DNA from: an uncultured bacterium
GTDB taxonomy: Bacteria; Chloroflexota; UBA5177; JANWHV01
DNA length: 64,000 nucleotides
NCBI GenBank assembly: GCA_963729625.1
Contig: CAVSOU010000005.1
Location: 1 to 64,000 of the forward strand
Direction of reading: 5' to 3'
Translations under genes and position numbers: made by a program
Shown here: positions 33,004 through 44,533 of the stretch, piece after piece
Layout of the letters: each line of letters starts with the position of its first letter
How positions within the stretch are numbered: the first letter of the stretch is position 1
The notes under the pieces: generated by a model
The model's input: the letters and a program-made list of their open reading frames with translations, nothing else
Databases searched by the model: none
Told to the model about the DNA's origin: nothing

Positions 33004-33779
33004 CCCCTTTCTTCTTTGGTGCTCGCGCAAATCCCCTATACGGCGTCTATCACGCCCCCAGAGCTTCCGTCGCCAAGAACTCTGCTGTACTTCTATGCGC
33101 CCCGGTTGGCATGGATTACATGTGCTGTCATCGCAGCCTTGTGTCGCTCGCATCGTCACTATCGGCTCTCGGCCATCATGTTTTGCGATTCGACTATCAG
33201 GGCACCGGAAATTCCGCTGGCACGATTTCTTCTGGACAATTCCTGCGCTGGATGCGCGACATAGACAGTGCCATCCTGGAATTGTTGGACCTGTCCGGCC
33301 CGGCGCGTATATCGGCTGTTGGCCTGGGTCTCGGCGCGCTTTTGGCAACTACCGCCTTGGCGACAGGTACTGCCTCCGTCGATCATCTCGTGTTGTGGAA
33401 TCCCGCGGTGTCTGGCGCAGCGTACCTGGCCGAGATTTCGGCACAAGACAGGGAGTTCTTTGGCCGGTCGAGGGATTCTCGCGCTCATCACGACGACCTG
33501 ATTGGCTTCCCGTTTCCCTCCGACCTGCGTCACAGCCTAGAACTGCTGGACTTGCGCCGAAACCTCCTTCCGCAACCCCCGACTGCAATCTCACTGGTCG
33601 CGTCGGAGAGAACTTCGGACTATCTGGAATTGGAGGCCGCGCTTTTTGCCAGATCGCCGCCTTCAACCATCGAGTTTGCTGCAGATCCAGCAGCTGCCGC
33701 CGCCGCAGAAGGGTTGAGCATTGAGAGCCTCGCAGATGCGGCTTTCGCCGCCGTGGTTTCCGTGGTGGACAGACAATGA
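33000..33779 (+). CDS. Alpha/beta hydrolase-fold protein (exosortase-associated hydrolase-2-like)
   Basis: ATGA overlap with the NRPS. LYGVYH, LRFDYQGTGNS, GLGLGA elbow, LVLWNPAVSGAAYL. Confidence 0.75.
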   Translation: MTPFFFGARANPLYGVYHAPRASVAKNSAVLLCAPVGMDYMCCHRSLVSLASSLSALGHHVLRFDYQGTGNSAGTISSGQFLRWMRDIDSAILELLDLSGPARISAVGLGLGALLATTALATGTASVDHLVLWNPAVSGAAYLAEISAQDREFFGRSRDSRAHHDDLIGFPFPSDLRHSLELLDLRRNLLPQPPTAISLVASERTSDYLELEAALFARSPPSTIEFAADPAAAAAAEGLSIESLADAAFAAVVSVVDRQ

Positions 33780-34627
33780 GCGAAGTGGTCATTCGCTTCG
33801 GCAGAAGTCTTCATCTTTCTGGAATTCTCACGGAACCAGAAGGGGCCGATCAATCACTGCCGACCGTGGTTATTGTCAGTTGCGGGCGCACGCACCACGT
33901 GGGTCCGTACCGCCTGTATGTGAACCTGTCGCGTGCGCTTGCCGAGCGGGGGATACGAACGCTGCGTTTTGACGTGGGGAACACTGGAGACAGCCAGTGC
34001 GCATTGCCAGCCGAGCCGGATTCAGGCGGCCTCGGATACGACATCCAGGACGCCTTGGACCACTTGAGTCGAGGTGCACCTGAAGCCCGGTACATTCTTT
34101 TCGGTCTACTTTCGGCCGCGGATCTGGCCTTTGCCGCTGCCACGCGCGACAAGCGCGTCATTGGCGCGATCCTGGTGGACCCGAGCGGATACAGGACTTT
34201 CGGATACCACCTGCGTCGCAGCCTGCAGTGGGCGGTCGCGGCATCTTTCTTACGCCCAATCTTAACTCGGAAACCGAAGTCGACCTGGCAGCGCACCCAC
34301 ATTGGCAGCCTGGATTCACAAAGGCCGGTACCGCACGAGCGCGACGCGACACAACGACAGATTCAAGAACTCATTAAACGCGGCGTTCGCCTCCTATATG
34401 TGTATGCCGGCCAGGGCCCTGAGGCAACGGTAAATCACGCCAGCCAGTTCTGGCGGATGTATCCGCAATTGCCGCGCGTTGGCGCCATCACTGTTTCCTG
34501 TTTTCCACGAGCTGACAACGGTTTCTCTAATAGAGAGGATAGAACCCAATTGAGTTTGCTGTGCGAACACTGGGTGCTGGTGACATTCGATAGTTATCGC
34601 GCTCATGTAATTCGCCCATCTGCCTAG
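33776..34627 (+). CDS. Alpha/beta hydrolase-fold protein (exosortase-associated hydrolase-1-like)
   Basis: LSGILTEP, HHVGPYRLYVNLSRALA, LRFDVGNTGDS, FGLLSAAD elbow. Confidence 0.75.
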   Translation: MSEVVIRFGRSLHLSGILTEPEGADQSLPTVVIVSCGRTHHVGPYRLYVNLSRALAERGIRTLRFDVGNTGDSQCALPAEPDSGGLGYDIQDALDHLSRGAPEARYILFGLLSAADLAFAAATRDKRVIGAILVDPSGYRTFGYHLRRSLQWAVAASFLRPILTRKPKSTWQRTHIGSLDSQRPVPHERDATQRQIQELIKRGVRLLYVYAGQGPEATVNHASQFWRMYPQLPRVGAITVSCFPRADNGFSNREDRTQLSLLCEHWVLVTFDSYRAHVIRPSA

Positions 34628-34693
34628 ATGCTCGAATAGATTTCTTGCCTTGCGCTTAGCGTCTTTAAGCCAAATGGTGTATTTAGCCAAATC

Positions 34694-35679
34694 ATGAATT
34701 CAGGTTTTCGGCCATCCCGCCTATCAGATCTGCTGCAGATCAAGTTGCTTGGCATCAACGCGTTCAATGCGAGCGGAAACTCGCCGTTTATCGGCGATGA
34801 TGCGCTGCAATGGAAATATTGGCAGCATCGAGCTGATTTCGAGGCGCCCAGGAGTTTTGTAATTGAGCACCGGGGCCGCGTGGTCGCACATGCCGGCGTA
34901 TGGCCAATAACTCTCAACGGCGAGCGCGGCGCACACATCATCGACTGGATGGCGGCGATAGATGCCCCGGCGCCGGCGTCTCTTTGCATCAGGCCATACA
35001 GAGCCGTTTTGATTTTCTGTATTCCATCGGCGGCGCTCAAGAGGCTCTTGATATTTTGCCGGCGCTTGGCTTTTCCGCCGTCGGCACCGCCTATACATGG
35101 GCCCGTCCATTGCGTCCGCTCCGGCAAATGTTCCACCACCAACGGCGCAATTGGCGACTTGCACCCAGATATCTTCGCAATCTCTGGCTTGCGAATATTC
35201 CTCCCAGAGCGGCTGTCACAAACTGGTCGACATCGCTTGCGACTGAATACGCGACCCCTCAACGGGAAGCTGGCTTCTTTGCTTACCTTGGTGTTTGCAG
35301 TGAAGCCAAGGTTCTTACCTTTAGGATTCTAAACAAGGGTCGTGACGAAGGCTGCATCACCTTGGCCACAGCGTCACTTCAAGCAAGGATTGCCGGAATT
35401 TGGCTTAGGGACCCATCGGTTCAAAATTGGAGCGTAGCTCTGGCTCTGGCAGAGACAATGGCAGTCGAGCACACGAACGCCTGCGAGATACTTTTTCGAG
35501 GTTCGTGCGAGAACAGTGTACTGGCGGCAAAGTCAGCGGGGATGCTTCTGGTCCGGAAAGAAGAAGTTGCCGTTCGCCGAAGCAACGGCTCTGTGCATCC
35601 AGTTCCAATTAGTGATCAGCTGTGGGACAACGACGCGTTCTTCCTGTCAGCAGGAAGGCGGCCGGAATTTGCCACTTAA
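34694..35679 (+). CDS. GNAT-family acyltransferase-like protein (one frameshift near 34970)
   Basis: LQWKYW, RVVAHAG, IIDWMA..PGAGVSL, ILPALGF. Two overlapping ORFs join into one protein. Confidence 0.55.
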
Positions 35680-35759
35680 TGCGCCACCCCTTTTGCCAGA
35701 AAAGGGATTACGGCCGCCGGAAATCCCCGCGAAATTCCAGACCAGTCATTAAGCCGCAG

Positions 35760-36550
35760 TCAGAGTCTTACCCATAAGCAGCTCGGCGCCAAACTGGTGT
35801 GGGTCACAATGCCATTCTGCGATTCCGATTCGTCGAATCTCGTATCGATCGTGTCATTGGTATTTGTGCCTCCGTGGCAGGACGCACAACACACAAAGCC
35901 GGCCTCGCGAACCAGCTGTCGGGAGACGGCATTGATGTTTCTTCGCCCCCCAAACGGATACGCAAACAGATCTATCGGCTTACCCACGACTCTCTCAAGA
36001 ACCTCTCGCGAGGACTTAAGCTCCGCCTGAATGAGCTCTGGGGATGCCACGCCCATATCGAGATGTGAAGCTGTGTGACAGCCGATTTCAAAGCCCTGCC
36101 GGGACAGTTCCTGCACTTGATTCCAAGTCATCCAACTCTGCGGCTTCAGTAGCCCTCGATCCCAAGGAGGAACAACTGCCCCCCCAACGAAACCCGTCGT
36201 AAGAAAAAAGGTAGCGGGCGGACCGTGCTGCGAAGAATTGGAGCAGCCACCTCGAAATTATCCAGGTAGCCGTCATCAAACGTAATTGAAAGCGTACCCC
36301 CCATGTCCTGGCCGTCTCGTAGTCCTCTCACCTGCTCCGAGAAAGGCAGAACGCGGAAGTGCTTACGAAAAAACAGGCAGAACGCATCGAACTTTTCAGA
36401 CGAACACGTCAGACCATCTTCCGGAATGGAATCGTTGACTCGGTGGAAAGCCGTAACGGTCACGAGCGACCCGAAGCCACGCTCATACAGGCCGGTGACC
36501 GAAGCCACCTTTCCCACTGCCGTCTTTATGCTTTTGTTGAACTTCAACAT
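35760..36550 (-). CDS. Polysaccharide deacetylase (NodB/CE4), frameshifted
   Basis: FHRV, ITFDDGYLDN, MTWNQV..GFEIGCHTASH, FAYPFG. Confidence 0.85.
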
Positions 36551-37719
36551 CTCTGAGCAATGCCCGGGAGACAAAGGATGAGTCTACAGGATGAACTCCG
36601 AAAGCCCAGCGCAAATACCGCCCGCTAACGACCCAATTGGGGCTAATGCCTCGCAAATTTCATCATTTTAGGTCGGCGAGAACCGACGGCACGCAGGCAA
36701 TACCCTACCGGCCGATGACGACAATGTCCATATGCGAGCTCTGGTGGTGCTTTGGCCCACCATTCACATGGTCTTCTATGAAAGGACTTGAGGCAAGAGA
36801 CAGTATATGTCCAGCGCCAATCGAGTCCAGCTTGTGATCCGTCCACGGAGGTTACTACCCACAATCGATAGGTGCCGTCCCTACTGCCTAGACCATTCAA
36901 CTTAAACGGGGGCTCGACGCCCAAGCACCCACCCACATTTACCGGTGCCCCAAAGTCTGTCCGTACAGCTCGGTGACCCCGGAATATGAAATGCCCGAAA
37001 TCGTTGTATCTTGTAATTAATGCAACGTTACCCGATACACCACACATTGGGTCCGTCCACAGCCCAAACCATGAACGCTGTCCTTCCAAACCGGACGGAC
37101 GACCACTTCCGACATAATCTTGCTGCCAGATACCAGGGCTCTTGAGGTCTTCGAACCATTGCCCACGCAGCCCCTTTTTTCGATTGCATATAGCGATACC
37201 AGCAGGGTACATGACGCTTTTGATGCGTGCACAGCTGCGCACTTAATGGTGTTGGGCCGAAGCCGATCTTTGCGGCGCCGCATTGCCTCTTTCCCGACGT
37301 GTAGCTTGCCTTGCGTGCGACCCTCCACGACTGAAATCCAATGACTAAATCCGCAGCGCGCTCCCGCACGGGCCAACTCAAGACATTTCGTTGCAAGCAG
37401 AGCATTCGACCTGAAGTCATCGCGCCAGATGCTGCGTGGCTAGCGCCTTTCCCACCCAGGCCACTTGGGGCCACCAATAGCTCCTCAGCCTGATCGAGAT
37501 ATCGCTATCACCAGTGCCCTCAAACAGAGAACTGGCACGGGTAACGTCAGGAATCCCATCCTCCACAATGAGGCGCCATATTGCGAACACGCACGAGTCC
37601 GCATCGATGTGACGCGGGCCGCCGCGCGACCGCGAGAGGCGACTTGCGTGCCGCTATGAAATGACCAAATGTATATACTCCATGGTTCCCATCTGTAATG
37701 GAACTCTTTGAGTTTCGCC

Positions 37720-38875
37720 ATGCAAAGCTCTCCACGCCCCCGTCTCCTAGAAGTGCTTTACTCTTTCAATGTCGGTGGTTCCGAGCTTCTCGGCTTAGAG
37801 CTGGCCAGCCAGCTTCAAGAGAGCGGAATTGATGTTCTCTGCACGGCGCTGCAGGGCATTTCCGGCCCGCTTGCTCATAGGTGCATCGCTCGCGGCATCG
37901 AAATCGTTGACCTAGGACTACCAAAACACGGGTTGTTCACTCGCAATGGGCTTAGTTTAGATTTAATTCGGCGCCTGAGAGAGCTGGAATTGGATGCCAT
38001 CCACCTGCAGCACTTCCTCGGCCTCAACAAGATGGGACTTGCAGCAAACATTGCCGGAATACCTCGAGTTGTTGTTACGGAGCATTCATTGCTCGACGTG
38101 AGCCAGTCATTCGCGGGGAAGCTTCGCATTCGCCTAAACTGGCGTTTGGCTGACACGATAACGACCATTCACCCGCAGATAACCGACTATCTAATATCCA
38201 AGCTAGGCGTGAAGTCCGAGCGGGTGATCACCGTGCCGGTCGGCATAGAAGTGCAACGGTGGCACCGTACAGACCGGGCAGAACGACGTTTGGACTTCGG
38301 TTATGGCGCCGAGGACTTTGTATTTGCGTTCGTCGGCCGATTCGCTGCTGTAAAGAATGTCCCCGGCCTCGTCGAGGCATTTCTGAATATCAGTCGCGTA
38401 CTCCGTTGCCGTCTCGTCTCGTGCTGGTTGGCGACGGCGCCGACATGCAACCTGTTTTAGAATTGCGGACCGTCATCCAGCAGGTTCACGCATACGATTT
38501 GCCGGTGAGCTTGACGATGCGCGTCCGGTGTTGGCTGCCGCAGATGCATTCGTGATGAATTCAATTCCGGAAGGCACGCCCCGCTCGTTATTGGAGGCCA
38601 TGGCCATGGGTCTGCCCTGCGTCTGCCCCGCGGTCGGCGGCATCCCTTCAATACTGGCGTCTCGCGGCTGGTTATTTCCGAGCCAAGATTCTGTAGCGTT
38701 AATCGATGCCCTCTTGGCAGTTTCGCGAAATCCAGCCGAGTCGCGTCTAATCCGGGGAACGTGGCCGTGATTTCGTTGTAGATAACTCGACTCCCGGAGG
38801 ATTTGTGATCAATATCGTTCGCTGCTCTTCCCCGGTATCTCTAATGATTTTGCACAACGACGTGGGGATGTCTAA
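37720..38875 (+). CDS. Glycosyltransferase family 4, frameshifted
   Basis: VGGSE, FVGRFAAVKN, VLVGDG, EGTPRSLLEAMAMGLP. Confidence 0.85.
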
Positions 38876-40018
38876 ATGGTATCGAGCGACCTAAAAACCT
38901 GCCTCCATATCATTAGCACTGGCGGCTTCTACGGCGCGGAGCGCGCCGTGATAGAGATTTCCGCGTACATGGCCGAGCACGGGTGGCGGCCACACATCGT
39001 GGCGCTTGAGGGTAGAGGCGCCTCGGTGCTCGTCGAGCGCGCGCACGCAATGGGTCTGTTGGCAGACTCGTTTGGCGCGGATCGCATTGGGCTTTTCGAA
39101 ATGCGTCGGCGACTCGCTGCCATCGCCGGACGCTATTCTGAGCGGGATCATTCATTCACACGGCTACAAACCGGACATTCTCTTAGCACTCTCGTCCTTC
39201 TCACGTCAGTGGGTCCGATTTTCCACTTGTCACACCTGGTATAGCGATACTTGGCGCATGGAACTTTGGGATACATCGACAAACGTGTGCTTCGAACGTT
39301 TGATTGTGTGGTGCCCGTCTCGGGTTTCTTGGAGCGGGAGTTGCTTGAGAGTGGCGTTTCTGCGGACCGAATTGTCCGCATTGATAATGGCATTGATGCT
39401 CCGCCCAGGAGCCCGGCCGATGGCATTGCCATACGTCAGGAGCTCGGACTGTCGGCGGACGATGCCCTAATTGTCCAGATTGGGCGGCTCGCCAAGTCTA
39501 AACGAAATGATCTATTGATTGAGGCGCTCACCCATCTGCCCAATTTTCCACGCCTTCATATCGCGCTCGTAGGAGACGGGGAGCAACGTGGACTTCACAA
39601 ATGGTTCATCACGAACGTCTCGATGGTCGCGTGCACTTTATGGGTTATCCGCCGCATGCCAATAGGTTTTTGAGTGCTGCCGATATATTGGCGATCACGT
39701 CAGATCACGAAGGACTTCCGATTGTTCTACTCGAAGCTATGGCAGCCCATTGTCCGGTAGTTTCGACCGATGTTGGTGCGATCGGTGATGTGCTTAAGAA
39801 CGGGGAAAGCGCTTGGCTAGTACCGCCCAACAACGTTGAAAGCCTGGCGGCGTCACTTTCTGAGGCACTAGCAAGTCCCGCAGAGGCGATACGTCGCGCA
39901 ACGCGGGCTCGAGCAGTGTTCGAGCTCAAGAACTCACGAACGTCCATGGGTTCTCACGTATCTTTCTCTATATGAGCAGGCTTGGAATCTTCGCTATAAA
40001 GATGCGGGGAAGCACTAA
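38876..40018 (+). CDS. Glycosyltransferase family 4, frameshifted
   Basis: GFYGAER, HSHGYK, IGRLAKSK, EGLPIVLLEAMAA. End approximate. Confidence 0.85.
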
Positions 40019-41050
40019 CGGGCTCTCGCTTCGCGCGCCTTCGCGAACCAAACGTTCCTCCTGTCAATTCAATGTTGAATACACCAGTTTTCGCGATTGG
40101 TGGAGGGCGAGCCTTGCAGATCAATAAATTCTTATCGGTTTGCGGTCGTGAACAACCGATGGATCAATAACGGAGCAATCCGCCAACTAGAGCAGGTCAA
40201 TTGTAAACGCTCGATCTTGTTTCCCCGACTTCCTTGGGCCAAGACGGCCCAGAATTTCGAGGCGTTTCCACCTAGGAACATGAAGGCAGCCCCGTCGACT
40301 GCGCATCGCAATTGGCAGGGACACCAGGGCCCCAGCGCTGCGACTGACCTAGGATTCTCATGGCGAACGCCTTGATTGACCCTTAACCAACCCCTGACAC
40401 CGGCCGATCTAGTCCCGATATGCCCAGCCTCGCCCAGATGCTGGCCCAGCACTCTGCCAGCATCGCCGACGATCGTCCCGTCAACACAGACGAGCAGCAG
40501 ACTGCCCGCTGTCGCTGCCACCTAGGCCATCGGCGCTGCACCGGCCCTGTCATGTCCTATCGCGCCAGCGATTCCGCAGACACATCCGTTGGTACTGCTA
40601 TGTATGCGATGGGCGCGGTCTCATCCGCGGGTGGAACAGGACGCTCCAGGACGGCTACGCGCCAACCAGGCAGATCGCTTAACACTGCGTAAATCACGCG
40701 GTTACCCTGATTACCGACCTATCGGCTGCGGGTAACCGCGGCGTGCAGCACGTGATGACCGATAACCGCGTCCCGCACCGTTCCAAGGCGTTCAAATGCC
40801 TCCTTCGCGGACCGCGACATCCGCGCCCTGCGAGCCGCCGTACACGCCCAATACCACGGCGATGCCGGGCGCTCTCCGGACCTACCTGATGAGTGGGCCA
40901 GTACCGCGGCCTACCGGCGCTCAGAGCGGCGGAGCCAGGCACAGAAGGCCTGGACCCGACACTGCAACCGCGACCGTCCGCACTCCACGCTAGCCCCAGC
41001 CACCCGCCGTAAAATTCGGTCTGGATGGGAAAACCTACTAAACATCACAA

Positions 41051-42612
41051 CTAGGTCACCTGCAACAGGGCGGGCGGCAGAGGCGCCACAGACGCAAAAT
41101 TGCAGCCAATCCGCGTTGGCGGAGAAGCACCGCCCCATGCGCCCATGTCGCAAGCAGCGCCGCTGCTCACGCCGCCAACTCTCCCAGGACTGGAACTAGT
41201 TGCGCTACCTGCCGTACCTGCTACCAATGCGTAGCCAGCGGGATTAAGCGACGTGGCACTCAATGTGGGCTTCACGAAAGTTGGTTCGAGGGCCACTGAA
41301 TGCGTGTCAAACCCGAGTGCGCTCTGGGCTTGAGATAGCGTGTAGGAGCTAGACGGTGTGCCAATATTGCTGGTCGGCGCCAGGGTCAAGTACTTGCCGT
41401 TTGCCGCAACCACACCGTAGAGGTTGTAGTCCGATTGCAGGATGGAATTCGCCACCAACCCCAAGATACCCTGATACCCCAGCGACCCACTGCTTAGGTG
41501 ATATACATTGTTGTAGTTCGTGACCATCGCGCCGGGCGAGGTCACGTACCTGCGGCAGGATAGTAGATTCCTTGACCACCAGGACCGAAAACGAATGTGT
41601 TGTTGTAGAAGACGAGATTCTGCGACGAGAGCGTGTTCGACAAACTCCCATCCCATCCATTCGCGTTGGGGCAGAGCATGACGTTATTGTGGACGGTCAG
41701 CGTATCGCCCGCCATCTTGCCACCAGAAGCCCCGTGGACTGCGTTCTGCGGATACAAACCCGCTGACTCGATATAGTTATATCGCCAAGTGTGGTTTCCG
41801 TTCGGATAGTACTTGTCGAAGATCCCATTATTGCAATCGTAGATCGTATTGTATTCATATACATTCGAACGGCAATAATATGAAAAGATGCCCGCGACAT
41901 CATCCGGGTTCTGGCCATTAGTCGGTGGCTGAACGCCATGAAACCTGTTGTTGTGAATCCAGGCACCGGTGTAGCCCTGCATGAAGATAGCGGCCACGTT
42001 GTCATTGTCGGTGCCGCCGATGTCGTAGACCTCGCAGTTACGTACTTCAAGTCCCGTCGCGCCGCCTTCGACCCCCGCGCCACCACTCACCCCGCTTGGG
42101 CCAGCGAGATAGAACGCGAAGCCGTACTGATAGGCTCGGGTTATATATAGCCCATCGATAATGACGTTCCCCAAGTTAGGTGGACTTTTCGTATATTGCC
42201 CCTGCCCAATGATTCCACACTCGGTCGTTGGATACCCTCCTCCCGAAGGATTCGCAGCGGTCAAAATGGCGGCACGCGGAGTCGTAGATTGGATGAGTGT
42301 GGGGGAGGCCGATGTCCCGCCATTAACCGACAACGCAGGCTGATTAAATGAACCCGCTTGGCACAACGAATAAACGTTGTATGTGCCCGGAAGAATGCCT
42401 ACCGCCTTCCCGGCATATGTGCTCCACTTTGAGTTTATCGCCGTGATCGACCAGGGACTAGCAAGCGTTCCCGGGTTGGAATCCGAACCTGTAGGCGAAA
42501 TATAGAAATCGTAGCTCGTAGACTGAGCAGAAGCTGTACGAATAAGTCCTGGTACTGCCGTGGCCAGAATGGCGCAACCGCCTTGTTTCAGCAGCGTTCG
42601 TCGTGTGAACAT
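41051..42612 (-). CDS. Tat-exported parallel beta-helix (pectin-lyase-like) protein, one frameshift near 41570
   Basis: TRRTLLK signal, YISPTGSDSNPGTLASPW, Asn-ladder repeats (IHNNRFH, YEYNTIYD, WRYNYIE, VHNNV, FYNNTF), DMGAW near the C-terminus. Confidence 0.75.
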
Positions 42613-43306
42613 GCGTGTAATTCCTCGCTAGAGCAAGTGCCCGTGTCCGGCAAATTCGTCCCGGGCGGTGGGGCCTGTGATTGAAGACAGCGTACCCTAT
42701 GGACCATGATTGTCACCCGATGGCAAGATTCAGCTCCATTGCGCCGTCGGGATGGTTCGTTCCTGGCGTCTCGTGGACGCCGAGGAGTGATTGCCTAATG
42801 TACCGTCGGTACGAGTGGATTGGGAGTCGCCCCGGTCGGTCCCGAGCATCAGCCCGGGCGAGCTGGCGAGCGTGATTCACCACCAACTGTGCGCCACAAT
42901 TACGTCGCATACCAACGCCTGGAAAACGATAAGCGCGGCCCCACCAGGGCGCAAGCTGTCTCCCGATCACGACAGCGATTACCTTGTACGCGCTAAACAC
43001 GGCGTGGAATGGCCGGATTGTGTTGCCGCGCATCGTCGACCGATAGCGAATGTCATAAGTGAAATTGGGACGCGTTTCTCGTCTGCCCGGCTACGAGAAG
43101 CCCCTATGGGCGATTCGCTCGGAGTTTACGGCATGTGGCGCTTCCGCCGGCCAACTGGACTCCTTGTCCTGGTTGCTTTTGGAGGGCCGCTAGCGCCGCG
43201 GTCGCTGCAGGCGATCCGGCGTCAATGCAGTCAGACGTCCCAACGCCCTCCGCTACGGTGTTCTTTGGAGGCTGGGCTCGTCTGGCTGGCCTTCGGCAGG
43301 ACCGGG

Positions 43307-44487
43307 CTAGGCCTTGCGGGTAGTTTTCCATGTGAACGCAGTCGTCATGGCGTAATTGAATACGGCGCCGACCACTACACCGGCGACGGCCGAGGGAATC
43401 CACCCAAATCTCGTCTGGAATAAGTACGATGCAATGCCGACGTTTGCTAGAGCGCCGACACTGCACGCCAGCGCAAAGGTCACGAGGCCTCGCATCCATT
43501 TCCACCCTCGCAAACGCATGTCGCGATAAGTGAGGACGTTATTAACGGCGAAGTTGAACGTCATCGCCACAAGAGCGGCGACGGCCTGCGCTTCAATGAA
43601 GGAGGTCCCGAGGACCTCAAACAACAGCGTCAGCACCAAGAAATGCACGGCGACACCCGCACCGCCGACGATAGAGAAGGCAACAAATCGTGCGGGTACG
43701 ATGTGCCCAAACCGCTTATCCAGTAGCAGCATGACGTATTCCCAAGCGGCGGCTGGTCGAGCTTGCTCTCACCGGCATGCCGTGTTCTGAACTCGTAGGG
43801 CAACTCAGCGAAACGCAGGGTACGCGGGGACGACGCGAACACATCCAACAAGATCTTGAATCCGATCCCCGATAGCTTGCGTACACTCGCGTTCAGTACT
43901 TCCCGCCGCAACATGAAGAAGCCACTCATCGGGTCTGTGAGCTCTGCAGGAACGACCGCGCGGCTCAATCGGGTTGCCAGTCTGCTAATAGACGCACGTG
44001 AAGAATCCCAATTGCCGATTCCACCGCCACTCACGTAGCGACTACCGACCACGATATCCGCCTTGTCATCGCGCAACAGCTGCAGCATCCGTGGCAACAG
44101 CGTCTCGTCGTGCTGCAGATCGGCGTCGATCACCGCGAGGTATGGGGCGGAGCTTGCGAGCATGCCCTCCACGCATGCGGAGGAGAGCCCACGGCGCCCA
44201 ATCCTTTGAATGCATCGCACGCGCGTGTCAACGCAGGCGACGGCTCGCACAGCATCTGCCGTCGTATCGGGAGAATCGTCGTCCACGAATATAATTTCCC
44301 ACGCGTACCCCGCGAGGGATTGCCTTAACCTTTCGATCAGCTCCAGAACGTTTTCACATTCATTAAACGTTGGCGCGATGATCGATAGTTCCGGCCCCAC
44401 ACGTGACTGCATCTCGCGCCCCTTGACGCTCGACTCGCGGGTGAGCGGCTCGAGGATCGCACCGGGTACTGGAGAAGCTTCTGTCAT
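43307..44487 (-). CDS. Polyprenol-phosphate glycosyltransferase (GT2, DPM1-like) fused to a GtrA domain, frameshift near 43750
   Basis: PTFNE, VDDDSPD, DADLQHD, DPMSGFF, GFKILLD, then four TM helices with NFAVNN..T. Start uncertain. Confidence 0.85.
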
Positions 44488-44533
44488 GTGTTCTGTCTTC
44501 AAAGTCGCCGCCGTGTCTGCGCCGACGGGCCCA

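Noticed and set aside
36643-37242. Asparagine synthetase remnant (MCGVSG at about 37047, minus strand)
   Set aside because: Only the first few residues resemble MCGIAG. No HRGPD or other downstream motifs were found.
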